Shown here in pieces: positions 21,266 through 30,905 of a DNA stretch of 64,000 nucleotides; position 1 is the stretch's first letter; every line of letters begins with the position of its first letter. Made by a program: the position numbers and the translations under genes. The notes below the pieces were generated by a model, which worked only from the letters and a program-made list of their open reading frames with translations, was not told where the DNA came from and ran no database searches. The DNA is taken from assembly GCA_963692775.1 (NCBI GenBank), contig OY839116.1:1701601-1765600 (forward strand). Direction: 5' to 3'. This DNA comes from Dehalococcoidia bacterium (GTDB lineage Bacteria; Chloroflexota; Dehalococcoidia; UBA2979).

Positions 21266-24200
21266 ATGGGAGATCGAGTGGATCGCGGCTGGCTGGCGCG
21301 AATGCCGATGCGGCGCGTCGCCGTCGCGGGCCTGCTGGCCGCGCTGTTCGCCGCCGCGCTGATCGCGGCGCCCGGCGCCGAGGCGAACGCGCCGCCCGCC
21401 GCTCCCGGCAGCGTCAGCGTGACGCGCGGCGCCTGGGGGAGCGGGACGCTCGATGTCAGCTGGGACGCCGTCTCCGGCGCGACGAGCTATAACGTCAACT
21501 ACACCGCCGACGGCGGCCAGAGCTGGACGCGCGCGGCCAGCGGCGTCACGGGCACGCGCACCGCGATCGGCGGCGCCAAGGACGCCCTGCCCTACATCGT
21601 CGCCGTGCAGGCGGTCAACAAGCACGGCCTGAGCAACTGGACCAACTCCGCGCCCGCGCCGCCCCAGTGCCCCGACGGGCGCGCCTGCGGCGGCCCCCCG
21701 AATGTCCCGCCCGACGCGCCCGCCATCGTGACCGTCTCGCGCGGCGACGGGACGCTGACCGCGAGCTGGCCGGCCGTCCAGGGCGCGGACACGTACCACG
21801 TCAGCTACAGCTCGGACGGCGGGACGACCTGGGCGTCGGCCAGCTACGAGCACACCACGACCCGGATCACCATCAAGGGCCTCGACAACAGCGCGACGTA
21901 CATCGTCGGGGTGAGCGCGGCGAACGAGGCGGGCGAGGGCGAATGGCGCTACTCCGCGCCGCTTTCGCCCGCGATCCCCCCGCCCTTCAAGATCGTGCCG
22001 GGCGAGGCCCTGCCCGTCATGCCCACGCCCACGCCCACGCCCACACCCGCCGCGCCCGACCCGCCCGAGAGCGTGACCGTCACGAACCGCGACGACGGCT
22101 CCGCCGAGATCGAGTGGAGCCCCGTGGAGGGCGCGACCAGCTACGCCATCGCCCAGAGCGCGGACAACGGGCAGACCTGGGCCAACTCCCAGACGACCGG
22201 CGGCGCGGGCGGCGCAAGCGAGGGCGGCGGCGCGGGCGCGGCGGGCGGCGCGAACGCCGGGGGCGGCGCCACCACCGCCACGCTCGGCGGCCTCGACAAC
22301 AGCGCGACCTACATCTTCGGCGTGAGCGCGCTCAACGCGGGCGGGGCGAGCGCCCAGACGAACTCGGCCCCCGCCCCGCCCGTCGAGCCCGGCCCCGCCA
22401 CCGTGACCGTCACGCGCGCGACGGGAGGAACCCTCACCGCCAGCTGGGACGCCCTCCCCAGCCTCTGGAACTACTTCGTGAAGTACTCCGGCGACGGCGT
22501 CAACTGGGCGTATTCCGGGCTCATCGGCAAGGGCACGAGCCATACCTTCACCGGCCTCGACGACACGCAGACCTACACCGTGGCCGTGCGCGGGCTGGTG
22601 GACTACGGCTGGACGGCGTGGACCTACGCCGCGCCCGCAGGCGGCCCCTCGGCCGCCCCCGCCGCGCCCCGCAACCTCACCACCACCCGCACGGAAGTCC
22701 TCGCCAACTATTGGACGCTGCGCGTGGACTGGGACGACGTCCCCTTCGCCACCCTCTACGACGTCGAACTCAGCACGGACAACGGCGCGACCTGGACGCG
22801 CGAATCGACCGGTCTCTCGTCCTCCACCTTCACTGAGCACCTCTTCAGTGGCGACGACGACTACAAGGCCCGCGTGCGCGCGACGAACACGAACGGAACC
22901 AGCGGCTGGGCCGTGTCGGGCGTCGACCTGGCCCCGAACGGGCCGCCCGCGGCCCCCGCCTCCGTGACCGTCTCGCGCAGCGGCAAGACGCTCACGGTCA
23001 GCTGGACCGCGGTCCCCTTCGCCGCGAAGTACAACCTCAACACGAGCGACAACGGGCAGGTGAGCTGGTCGCGCGCCGCGAGCGACGTGACCGGCACGAC
23101 GACGACGCTGACGGTCGCGTCCGCCACGAAGGACTATTACGTCTCCGTGCAGGCCGAGAACGCCGCCGGGACGGCCGGCCCCTGGCGCGACTCCGCCGTC
23201 AGCCGCGCGACGGCCCTGCCGCCCGCCCCCACCGGCCTGACGACCGTGCGCGACGCCGCCGGCGAGATCGATGTCTCGTGGACCGCCGTGAGCGGGGCGG
23301 TCGGCTACGACCTCTCCTGCTCCGATTCCGGGTACTACTGGGGCACCTGCGGCAACGTGAGCACGACGGCGACGAGCGCCACCTTCACGCACGCCTCGAT
23401 CGCCGAATCGCGCACGTACACCATCGCCGTGCGCGCCCGCAACGCCAGCGGCGGCGGCCCCTGGGCGAAGGCCTGGGTCGCCGGCGTGTTCGTTCCCCAT
23501 TATGTGTGGAAACCCGCGGTCCTCAGGCGGGACAGCGGCACGGCCGTCCTCTCCTGGGAACCCACCTACATGGAGCATCACCCGATCACGCACTACCGCG
23601 TCTACTGCGCGGAGGGCCTCACCGGAACCCCGGCGTGGACGAAGTGCCTCGATAACATGGCCGCGCCCAGCGGCCAGCCCGTCACCGTCACCGGCACGGT
23701 GAGCGGGCTCGACGACACGAAGGCCTACCGCTTCGGCATCCTCAGCGTGAACTTCGTCGGCGACAGCGGGCGGCGCATCCAGACCTCCGCAGTGGTCGCG
23801 CCCGGCGCGCCCGTGATGAGGCAGAAGGCGCCGACGTTCTTCACCATCAACGCGCCCGCGCGCACGGGCGGCGGCGGGGAGACGCTCACCTACAACATCC
23901 ATTGCCGCCTCGCGGGCGGGGAGTACACGCTGGCCAAGGAGAAGTGGGATCCGGGCATCAACCCCGCGACGGTCACCCTCGCCACCGTGCGCACCTACAC
24001 CGGCTGCGCCAACTTCGAGGGGCTCATCATCGAGTCCGTCAACGGCATCCCCGGCGGGCGGCTCTACTACCCCACGGCGTCGGCCATCTCGGCCATCACG
24101 GGCGCGCGCGGGAACGGCTCGCTCACCCTCACCTGGCCGCCCCCCAGCGCCAACGTGAACGCCCCCATCACCAGCTACGACGTGGAGTGCAGCACCGACG

Positions 24201-25609
24201 GCGGGGCCACCTGGGCGGACTGCGGCGGGAGCGGCTCTCTCTCCGGCTCGACCTACACCTACACCGTCAGCAGCGGCGTCCCCAACGGCGCGATCCACAT
24301 CGCCCGCGCGCGGGCGCGCACGAGCATCGGCCCCGCCCCCTGGACGGAGTCCGCCGAGATCGCGGGCTGGAACACGCCCAGCCGCATCGCCTCCATCACC
24401 GTCGCGCGCGGGAGCGGCTCCATCACCCTCAGCTGGACCGTGCCCAGCTTGCCCAACAGCGGCGGCGCGATCAGCGGCTACGACGTGCAGTGCGCGATGA
24501 AGGTCGGCTCGACGTGGCGCGCCTGGGCGGATTGCGGCGGGAGCGGCTCCGCCACCAGCGGGACGTACACCTACACCAAGAGCGACGCCGTGGACGCGAA
24601 CGTCTACAAGGCGCGTGCGCGCGCCCGCAACTCGTCCGGCGTGGGCATCTGGCGCGAGTCCGGCGACATCCACACCGTCCCCGGCGCGCCCAGCATCGTC
24701 AACTACAACACAACCCTCGGCACCCTCTTCTGGAATCTGCCCGCCTCCGCCGACCGCGGCAGCGGGACGGCGGGCTACCAATACAACGTCTACTGCCGCT
24801 CCAGCTCCACGGACGCCTGGTCGAAGGTGATTAACGGCGTGACCGTGCCGGTGGGGACCTACGACCAAACGCAGCTCACGTCTCTCATCCTCCACTCGCA
24901 GTGCGCGCAGACCGTCTCGCAGGTCGAGGTCGGGTTCGTGAACGTGTACGAGGGGCCGCGCGCCCGCTACGGGCCGCCCGTGCAGATCGCGAGCGTGACC
25001 CTGAGCCGCAACACGGACGGCGACAGCCTCACCCTCTCCTGGGCGGTGCCCGCCAGCGGCAGCTTCAACCCCATCACCGGCTACGAGGCCGAGTGCAGCA
25101 CCGACGCGGGGACCACCTGGGCGAGCTGCGGGGGCACGATCGCCGCCTCCGGCGCGGCCGGCTCGGCGCGCACGCACAGCTTCACCGTGAGCAAGTACAA
25201 GTCCTACCTCGTGCGCCTGCGCGCCACCAGCAGCCACCCCGCCGACGCCGCCTGGCGCCAGTCCGCCTCCAGCGCCGGCCAGACGCTGGGCGCGCCCGTC
25301 AGCGTCTCCGTGGGCAACTCCAGCTACGACGGGCAAGTGCGAACCTATCCGGTGAGCTGGAGCAAGCCCGCCAACACGGGCGCGAACGAGACGTTCGCCT
25401 ACCAGGTGCAGTGCACCAGCTCCAGCAACCCGACCTCGAACTCGTGGGGCGGCTGCGGGACGCACAACGTCGCCGCGACGGCGAACGCGACCGTCAGCAT
25501 GAACGTGACGCACGGCTGGCAAGGCGGCACGTTCAAACAGGTGCGCGTGCGCACGTCCAAGGACGGCGTCCATAGCGCCTGGGTGACCGGCGACACGCAG
25601 TACAAGTAA
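21266..25609 (+). CDS. Large secreted fibronectin type III repeat protein
   Basis: Signal peptide (AEA-N); about a dozen P.AP..V.V.R...L..SW......Y...V.A.N units; GGAGG RBS before ATG 21266. Confidence 0.88.
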   Translation: MGDRVDRGWLARMPMRRVAVAGLLAALFAAALIAAPGAEANAPPAAPGSVSVTRGAWGSGTLDVSWDAVSGATSYNVNYTADGGQSWTRAASGVTGTRTAIGGAKDALPYIVAVQAVNKHGLSNWTNSAPAPPQCPDGRACGGPPNVPPDAPAIVTVSRGDGTLTASWPAVQGADTYHVSYSSDGGTTWASASYEHTTTRITIKGLDNSATYIVGVSAANEAGEGEWRYSAPLSPAIPPPFKIVPGEALPVMPTPTPTPTPAAPDPPESVTVTNRDDGSAEIEWSPVEGATSYAIAQSADNGQTWANSQTTGGAGGASEGGGAGAAGGANAGGGATTATLGGLDNSATYIFGVSALNAGGASAQTNSAPAPPVEPGPATVTVTRATGGTLTASWDALPSLWNYFVKYSGDGVNWAYSGLIGKGTSHTFTGLDDTQTYTVAVRGLVDYGWTAWTYAAPAGGPSAAPAAPRNLTTTRTEVLANYWTLRVDWDDVPFATLYDVELSTDNGATWTRESTGLSSSTFTEHLFSGDDDYKARVRATNTNGTSGWAVSGVDLAPNGPPAAPASVTVSRSGKTLTVSWTAVPFAAKYNLNTSDNGQVSWSRAASDVTGTTTTLTVASATKDYYVSVQAENAAGTAGPWRDSAVSRATALPPAPTGLTTVRDAAGEIDVSWTAVSGAVGYDLSCSDSGYYWGTCGNVSTTATSATFTHASIAESRTYTIAVRARNASGGGPWAKAWVAGVFVPHYVWKPAVLRRDSGTAVLSWEPTYMEHHPITHYRVYCAEGLTGTPAWTKCLDNMAAPSGQPVTVTGTVSGLDDTKAYRFGILSVNFVGDSGRRIQTSAVVAPGAPVMRQKAPTFFTINAPARTGGGGETLTYNIHCRLAGGEYTLAKEKWDPGINPATVTLATVRTYTGCANFEGLIIESVNGIPGGRLYYPTASAISAITGARGNGSLTLTWPPPSANVNAPITSYDVECSTDGGATWADCGGSGSLSGSTYTYTVSSGVPNGAIHIARARARTSIGPAPWTESAEIAGWNTPSRIASITVARGSGSITLSWTVPSLPNSGGAISGYDVQCAMKVGSTWRAWADCGGSGSATSGTYTYTKSDAVDANVYKARARARNSSGVGIWRESGDIHTVPGAPSIVNYNTTLGTLFWNLPASADRGSGTAGYQYNVYCRSSSTDAWSKVINGVTVPVGTYDQTQLTSLILHSQCAQTVSQVEVGFVNVYEGPRARYGPPVQIASVTLSRNTDGDSLTLSWAVPASGSFNPITGYEAECSTDAGTTWASCGGTIAASGAAGSARTHSFTVSKYKSYLVRLRATSSHPADAAWRQSASSAGQTLGAPVSVSVGNSSYDGQVRTYPVSWSKPANTGANETFAYQVQCTSSSNPTSNSWGGCGTHNVAATANATVSMNVTHGWQGGTFKQVRVRTSKDGVHSAWVTGDTQYK

Positions 25610-25745
25610 CGCCCCGCCGCCGCGCCCCCCTCTCCCTCCGGGGGACCTTTGCGTAGCCCTGCGTGAGCGGTCCGCCCCCCTCACCCTGGGCAGCGAGCGC
25701 CTCCCCCGAAAGCCCCGATGGCGCAACGAAACCCCGGCGCGGCGT

Positions 25746-25783
25746 CCTCACCCCGACCCGCTCCCTCCGGTGGTGGGAGCGGG
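25746..25783 (-). repeat. Divergent inverted copy of the palindromic repeat family
   Basis: CCTCACCCCGACCCGCTCCC-TCCGGTGGT-GGGAGCGGG hairpin. Confidence 0.6.
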
Positions 25784-25842
25784 CCGGAGCCGGGTGCCCG
25801 GCTCGCGTATCATCGGTCCGGCGCACATCACACGGCGGGAGG

Positions 25843-26742
25843 ATGAGCATGGCGGAGAGCGGCGTTCGCAGCGTCGGAGTGCTCGGCTGCGGGCAGATGG
25901 GCGGCGGCATCGCCCAGGTCTGCGCCACGGCCGGCTTCGAGACCCACGTCCGCGAGGCAGGCGCCGAGCCGCTGGAGCGCGGCATGGCCTCGATCCTGCG
26001 CGCGCTCGACTCGGCCGCCGGGCGCGGACGCCTGTCCGCCGAGGACCGCGCCGCGATCGAGGAGCGGCTCCACCCGACGACGGACTTCGCCGACCTCGCC
26101 GGCTGCGACATCGTGATCGAGGCGGTCACCGAGGATCTCGACCTGAAGTGCGCGGTCTGGCGCGAGGCGGACGCCGCCGTGCGGGCGGACGCGGTCTTTG
26201 CCTCGAACACCTCGAGCCTGACGATCGCGGCGATGGCCGGGTCCACCGGCCGGGCGGACCGCTTCGTGGGGATGCACTTCTTCTTCCCCGTGCCGGCGAT
26301 GCGGCTCGTCGAGGTGGTGCGGACCGTCACCACCTCGGACGAGACGTTCGAGCGCGCCGCGGCCTTCGCGAGCGAGATCGGCAAGGAGCCGATCGCGGCG
26401 AAGGACCAGTCCGGCTTCACGGTGAACCTGCTGCTGGTGCCCTACCTGCTGGACGCGATCCGCGCGCTCGAGCGCGGTGTGGCTGGCGCCGAGGACATCG
26501 ACCGCGGGATGCAGCTCGGCTGCGGCCATCCGATGGGGCCGCTCACGCTCTGCGACCTCGTGGGGCTGGACGTGCTGCGCCAGGTGGCGGAGTACATGTA
26601 CGCGGAGCACCGCGAGGCGCGCTACGCGCCGCCGCCGCTGCTGACGCGGATGACGCTGGTGGGGCTGCACGGCCGCAAGACGGGCCGCGGCTTCTACGAC
26701 TACTCGGCGGACCCGCCCGCGCCGCTCGGGCTCGGGGTGTAA
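25843..26742 (+). CDS. 3-hydroxybutyryl-CoA / 3-hydroxyacyl-CoA dehydrogenase
   Basis: GCGQMGGGIA, IEAVTEDL..K, ASNTSSL, GMHFF, HPMGPL, GRKTGRGFY. Confidence 0.95.
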   Translation: MSMAESGVRSVGVLGCGQMGGGIAQVCATAGFETHVREAGAEPLERGMASILRALDSAAGRGRLSAEDRAAIEERLHPTTDFADLAGCDIVIEAVTEDLDLKCAVWREADAAVRADAVFASNTSSLTIAAMAGSTGRADRFVGMHFFFPVPAMRLVEVVRTVTTSDETFERAAAFASEIGKEPIAAKDQSGFTVNLLLVPYLLDAIRALERGVAGAEDIDRGMQLGCGHPMGPLTLCDLVGLDVLRQVAEYMYAEHREARYAPPPLLTRMTLVGLHGRKTGRGFYDYSADPPAPLGLGV

Positions 26743-26746
26743 GCGT

Positions 26747-27457
26747 CTACGAGGAGTCCGGCCGCGCTTCGCCTTCCGCCTCCTCCAGCAGCGCGCGCAG
26801 CCTGGGCGCGAGTTCGGGGATGTCGTCGCGGACGATGCCCCAGACCCTGTCGTCGTCGACCCCGATGTAGGCGTGGATGATGACGTTCCGCGTGGCGATG
26901 ATCTTGCCCCAGGGGACGTCCGCGTTCCCCTTGCGCACCTGATCCGGGATGTGCGTCGCCGCCTCGCCCACGAGCGCGATGTTGTGCAGCACCGCGTAGT
27001 ACGTGCGCCGGTCGTCGAGGAAGGCCGCCTTGTCCATGTCCGCCGCGTACTCCACGACGCGCTCGCAAGCCTCGATCATGTCGCGCACGTAGAAGTCCCA
27101 GCGGCGCGGCGAGGGGCGGTCGGGCATGGGCGGCCTCCGTTCCGGGGCCGCGAAGACGTCGACGGCCTCGGCCTCGATATGGGGGCGCAACTCGGTCCGC
27201 AGCGCCTTGCGCGTCACGAGGTCGACTGGTCGGCCGAGCAGGTCTTCGATGTAGCACTGGACGCCGAAGTAGCCCTTCGAGTCGGCTTGTTCCTCGAAGC
27301 TGACGAGGATGTCGATGTCGCTGTCGGGGCGCGCCTCGTCGCGCAGGGTGGAGCCGAAGAGCGCGAGTTCGGTGACGCCGAAGCGCTCGCGCAGCACGTC
27401 CTTGTGCTCGCGCAGCACCGCCAGCGTCTCGTTGCTGCCAATCGCTTGCTCGACCAT
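26747..27457 (-). CDS. Fused MNT nucleotidyltransferase + HEPN (DUF86) ribonuclease
   Basis: FGSTLRDEARPDSDID (GSx10DxD) followed in frame by GEAA...W......RNVIIHAY (RX4H). Confidence 0.9.
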   Translation of the reverse strand: MVEQAIGSNETLAVLREHKDVLRERFGVTELALFGSTLRDEARPDSDIDILVSFEEQADSKGYFGVQCYIEDLLGRPVDLVTRKALRTELRPHIEAEAVDVFAAPERRPPMPDRPSPRRWDFYVRDMIEACERVVEYAADMDKAAFLDDRRTYYAVLHNIALVGEAATHIPDQVRKGNADVPWGKIIATRNVIIHAYIGVDDDRVWGIVRDDIPELAPRLRALLEEAEGEARPDSS

Positions 27458-27521
27458 CGAATCCCTCAGCAACCAGACTACTCCGTCGCGCCGCAGTCGC
27501 GGAACCGCCCTCGCCGCGCGC

Positions 27522-28808
27522 TCAGCCCGCGCGCGCAGGCCCGAACCGCAGCTGCGGCAGCCGCGAGACGATGGCGAAGAGCAGCGCGCTGAGTCCGAAC
27601 GAGCAGACGAACATCACCAGCGCGAGGTCGTAGCTGCCCGTCACGTCGAAGATCCAGCCGGCGACCACCGGGCTGACCACCAGGCCGAACTCCTCGACCA
27701 CCAGCATCGCGCCAAGCAGCGTGGCGAAGTGGGCGAGGCCGAACATCCTCGTCAGCAGCATCGCCTCGATGATCGGGCCGCCGCCCGTGCCGCAGACCCA
27801 GAGCAGCACGAAGACGGCGATGCCGGCGGCGCCCGAGTCCAGCAGCAGCGCCACCAGCGCACCCGAGAGGCAGGCGCACATCGCGATCACCAGGTGCTCG
27901 AAGCGCCTCCAGCGGTCCGCGATCAGCCCGAAGGCCAGCCGCGTGCCCATCCCCAGCGCCGCCATGGCCGAGACGATCAGCGCCGCCGTCCCGCGCGGCA
28001 GCCCGAGCGAGACGTAGAGCGGGATCTGGTGCACCAGCATCCCGAACATCCCGAAGAACAGGAACGTGAACCCGAACGCTACGAGCCAGAAGTGCGGGGT
28101 CGCCAGCGCGGCGCGCAGCGACAGCCCGCTCAGCCGCGATGCGGCCTCGCCCGGATCGACGGGCGCGCCCGCGGGGGCCGGAGCGCCGTCCGGCCGCGCC
28201 CCCACGTCCGAGGGGTGGTTGCGCACCAGCAACGCGCCGAGCGGCAGGTAGAGCAGCACGATCACGACGCCGGAGAAGATGAACGACGGCCCCCAGCCCA
28301 GCGTGTCGATCACCAGCCGCATCGAGGGCACGACGACGACGCCACCGAGCGCGAACCCCGTCCCGAGGATGCTGAGCGCGATCCCGCGCCGGCGATCGAA
28401 CCACCTCGAGATCAGCACCTGGAAGGGGATGAAGAACATCATCTGGCGGAAGACGCCGTTGACCGCCGAGTAGACGTACCACTGCCACAGCTCGCTCGTC
28501 GTTGCGAGCAGGCCGTAGCTCAGCGCCGTGGTCACGGCTCCGATCAGGATCGCCTCGCGCGGTCCGCGCATGTCGATCCAGCGCCCGACCAGCGGACCGG
28601 CGAGGCCGCCGCTGAACACCCCCACCGAGAGCCCGCCGGACACCTCGCCGCGGGACCAGCCGAACTCGTCCTCGAGCGGGGAGATGTAGAGCCCGAACGC
28701 CCAGAAGGAGACGCCGCTGCCGAGCGCCATCGCGGCGATCGAGCCGGCGAGCAGCCACCAGCCGTAGTAGACCTGCTGCGGCCGGCGCAGCCACAAGGGG
28801 AGACTCAT
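27522..28808 (-). CDS. MFS transporter
   Basis: YYGWW, GRWIDMRGPR, ISRWFDRRRG, G.IADR; about 12 TM. Confidence 0.93.
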   Translation of the reverse strand: MSLPLWLRRPQQVYYGWWLLAGSIAAMALGSGVSFWAFGLYISPLEDEFGWSRGEVSGGLSVGVFSGGLAGPLVGRWIDMRGPREAILIGAVTTALSYGLLATTSELWQWYVYSAVNGVFRQMMFFIPFQVLISRWFDRRRGIALSILGTGFALGGVVVVPSMRLVIDTLGWGPSFIFSGVVIVLLYLPLGALLVRNHPSDVGARPDGAPAPAGAPVDPGEAASRLSGLSLRAALATPHFWLVAFGFTFLFFGMFGMLVHQIPLYVSLGLPRGTAALIVSAMAALGMGTRLAFGLIADRWRRFEHLVIAMCACLSGALVALLLDSGAAGIAVFVLLWVCGTGGGPIIEAMLLTRMFGLAHFATLLGAMLVVEEFGLVVSPVVAGWIFDVTGSYDLALVMFVCSFGLSALLFAIVSRLPQLRFGPARAG

Positions 28809-28915
28809 CGCGATCGCGATCGGCGCCGCATGAGCCGCCTCCGTGCTCTTCGCGAAGGCCATGGTAGCGGCTGGTGGCGGGACGGGACGCCGTCGGTGGC
28901 GGCACGCAAGGCATC

Positions 28916-28945
28916 TTGACATCACCTGAGTCGAGCATCATGATG
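28916..28945 (+). promoter_or_regulatory. vapBC promoter with palindromic operator
   Basis: TTGACA-17 nt-CATGAT; CATCATGATG palindrome over the -10. Confidence 0.7.
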
Positions 28946-28950
28946 TCTCT

Positions 28951-29229
28951 ATGCGAACAACGCTCACGCTGGACGACGATGTCGGCGAGTTCCTGCGCGA
29001 GCAGGCGCGGTTGCACGACAAGCCATTCAAGCAGGTGGTGAACGAGACGCTTCGACGCGGCATGTCTCCAACGGCCAGCGAAAAGCCGCGCCGCCGGTAC
29101 TGCGTCAACCCAATCCACGGCGAGCTCGCCCCCGGCTTCGATCCGCTGAAGGTGAAGGAGTTCCTCGACGACCTTGACATGGAGCACTTCTTCGAGGTCC
29201 AGCGCAGTAACAGCCACAGCAACCAGTGA
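28951..29229 (+). CDS. VapB-like antitoxin (RHH)
   Basis: MRTTLTLDDDV...FKQVVNETLRRG; overlaps the PIN gene by GTGA. Confidence 0.88.
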   Translation: MRTTLTLDDDVGEFLREQARLHDKPFKQVVNETLRRGMSPTASEKPRRRYCVNPIHGELAPGFDPLKVKEFLDDLDMEHFFEVQRSNSHSNQ

Positions 29230-29651
29230 TCGTCCCCGACACCAACCTCTTGCTCTACGCCCACTACGACGGCTTCGCCGAGCACGACGCCGCCCGACTC
29301 TGGTGGGAAGACCTGGTGAACGGCTTTGAGCGAGTCGGGATCGCATGGGCAGTCTCGGCCGGATTCGTGCGGGTGATCACCAATCCCCGGGCGGTCCGAC
29401 GGCCACCGGCCCCAGCGCAGGCGGTCGACTTCGTACGCGGGTGGTTCGAGTTCCCGCACATCACGCCGCTCAACCCCGGCGCCGAACACCTGACGCTGAT
29501 GCGAGAGCACCTGGTCGCCGTCGGAGTCGGTGGGAACCTCGTGACCGACGCGCACATCGCGGCGCTTGCGATGGAGTACCAGGCCGAAGTCCACTCGGCC
29601 GACACGGACTTCGGGCGCTTCCCCGGACTGCGCTGGCGCAACCCCCTCTGA
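29226..29651 (+). CDS. VapC PIN-domain toxin
   Basis: PDTNLLLYA...DAHIAALA.E...SADTDFGRF.GL.W.NPL. Confidence 0.93.
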   Translation: MIVPDTNLLLYAHYDGFAEHDAARLWWEDLVNGFERVGIAWAVSAGFVRVITNPRAVRRPPAPAQAVDFVRGWFEFPHITPLNPGAEHLTLMREHLVAVGVGGNLVTDAHIAALAMEYQAEVHSADTDFGRFPGLRWRNPL

Positions 29652-29657
29652 CCGCGG

Positions 29658-30905
29658 CTAGATCACCCCGTCGCGGGCCAGCGCCTCGAGCTCGTCGGCG
29701 CCGAGGCCGAGCGCGCCGTAGACCTCGGCGTTGTGCTCGCCGGTGAGCGGGGCGCGGCGGGTCGTGCCGAGCGGGGTCTCGGACCAGATGCCCCAGGCGC
29801 CGGAGTAGCGGAAGCGCTCGCCCAGCTCGGGGTGCTCGATCTCCTGCCAGTAGCCGCGGTCCTCCCAGTGCGGGTCGGGGAGGATCTCGTCGAGGCTGCG
29901 CACCGCGCCCCAGGCGTGGCCGCGCTCCTGCGCGCCCCGGTAGGCCTCCTCGGCGGGCACGTCCGGGAAGAAGTCGCGCAGCACGTCGCTGATGTGGTTC
30001 TGCTCCTCCACGATCTGGTCCTGCTCGGCGAAGCGCTCGTCCAGCAGGTCGTCCGCGGCGTCGTACTCGTCCAGCCACTCGCCGATGCTGCGCAGCTGCG
30101 GAGGCGAGAGCCGCTGGTTGAACATCGCGTTCACGTACTTGCCGTCCGCGCACTCGAACTGCGTATGGGGCCGAGGCAGCGACCACGCGGCGTGGCGGCC
30201 CGTCTGCCGCCGCAGCTCGCGCCCGGTGGCGAAGTAGATCGGCACCGCCATCTCCGTCGTCAGCGCGCAGGCGTCGTGGATCGAGACATCGAGGAACTGC
30301 CCCTCGCCCGTGAACTCGCGATCGAGCAGCGCGGTGGCGATCGCCAGCAGCGCGTAGTGGCCGCCGATGTGCCAGGCGTTGCCTCCGCCCGGCGCGATCG
30401 GCGGGGCGTCGGGCGCCTCGTCCTCGTCGTAGCCGGACGACGCCATCTGCCCGCCCGCGGCCATGTGCACGAGGTCCGTCGCGATGTAGTCGCGCCACGG
30501 CCCGTCCTGCCCGAACGGCGAGAGCGAGCAGTAGACCAGTCGCGGGTCCGCGCCTCGCAGCTCCTCCGGCCCGAGCCCGATCGCCGGTAGCGTGCCGGGC
30601 CGCGTGGTCTCCAGCAGCACGTCGGCCCCGCCGACGAGCGCGCGGAACAGCTCGGCGCCGCGCGGATCATCGAGGCCCAGCGTGACGCCGCGCTTGCCGC
30701 AGTTGTAGTGCCAGAAGGAGAGCGAGCGCTCGCGGTGCGGCTCGTCGCGGTAGTACGGGCCCACCTCGCGCTCGTCCGAGCCGCCGGGCGGCTCGACCTT
30801 GATCACGTCGGCGCCCATCTCCGCGAGCAGCCGGGCGCACCAGCGACTCGCCTCGCCTCCCAGCTCGACGACGCGCAGGTCGGCGAAGGGCAGGTCTCCG
30901 CTCAC
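29658..30905 (-). CDS. Class III CoA-transferase subunit (BbsE-like)
   Basis: MGADVIKVEPPGG, YNCGKR, FGQDGP, GEGQFLDVS. Confidence 0.9.
   Translation of the reverse strand: MSGDLPFADLRVVELGGEASRWCARLLAEMGADVIKVEPPGGSDEREVGPYYRDEPHRERSLSFWHYNCGKRGVTLGLDDPRGAELFRALVGGADVLLETTRPGTLPAIGLGPEELRGADPRLVYCSLSPFGQDGPWRDYIATDLVHMAAGGQMASSGYDEDEAPDAPPIAPGGGNAWHIGGHYALLAIATALLDREFTGEGQFLDVSIHDACALTTEMAVPIYFATGRELRRQTGRHAAWSLPRPHTQFECADGKYVNAMFNQRLSPPQLRSIGEWLDEYDAADDLLDERFAEQDQIVEEQNHISDVLRDFFPDVPAEEAYRGAQERGHAWGAVRSLDEILPDPHWEDRGYWQEIEHPELGERFRYSGAWGIWSETPLGTTRRAPLTGEHNAEVYGALGLGADELEALARDGVI

Noticed and set aside
21161-25726. 1521-aa minus-strand ORF and similar long ORFs (2959-5496, 13863-16523, 8713-10815, 59229-61280)
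   Set aside because: Antisense or alternative-frame shadows of well-supported genes in very GC-rich DNA; Arg/Ala/Gly-rich with no motifs
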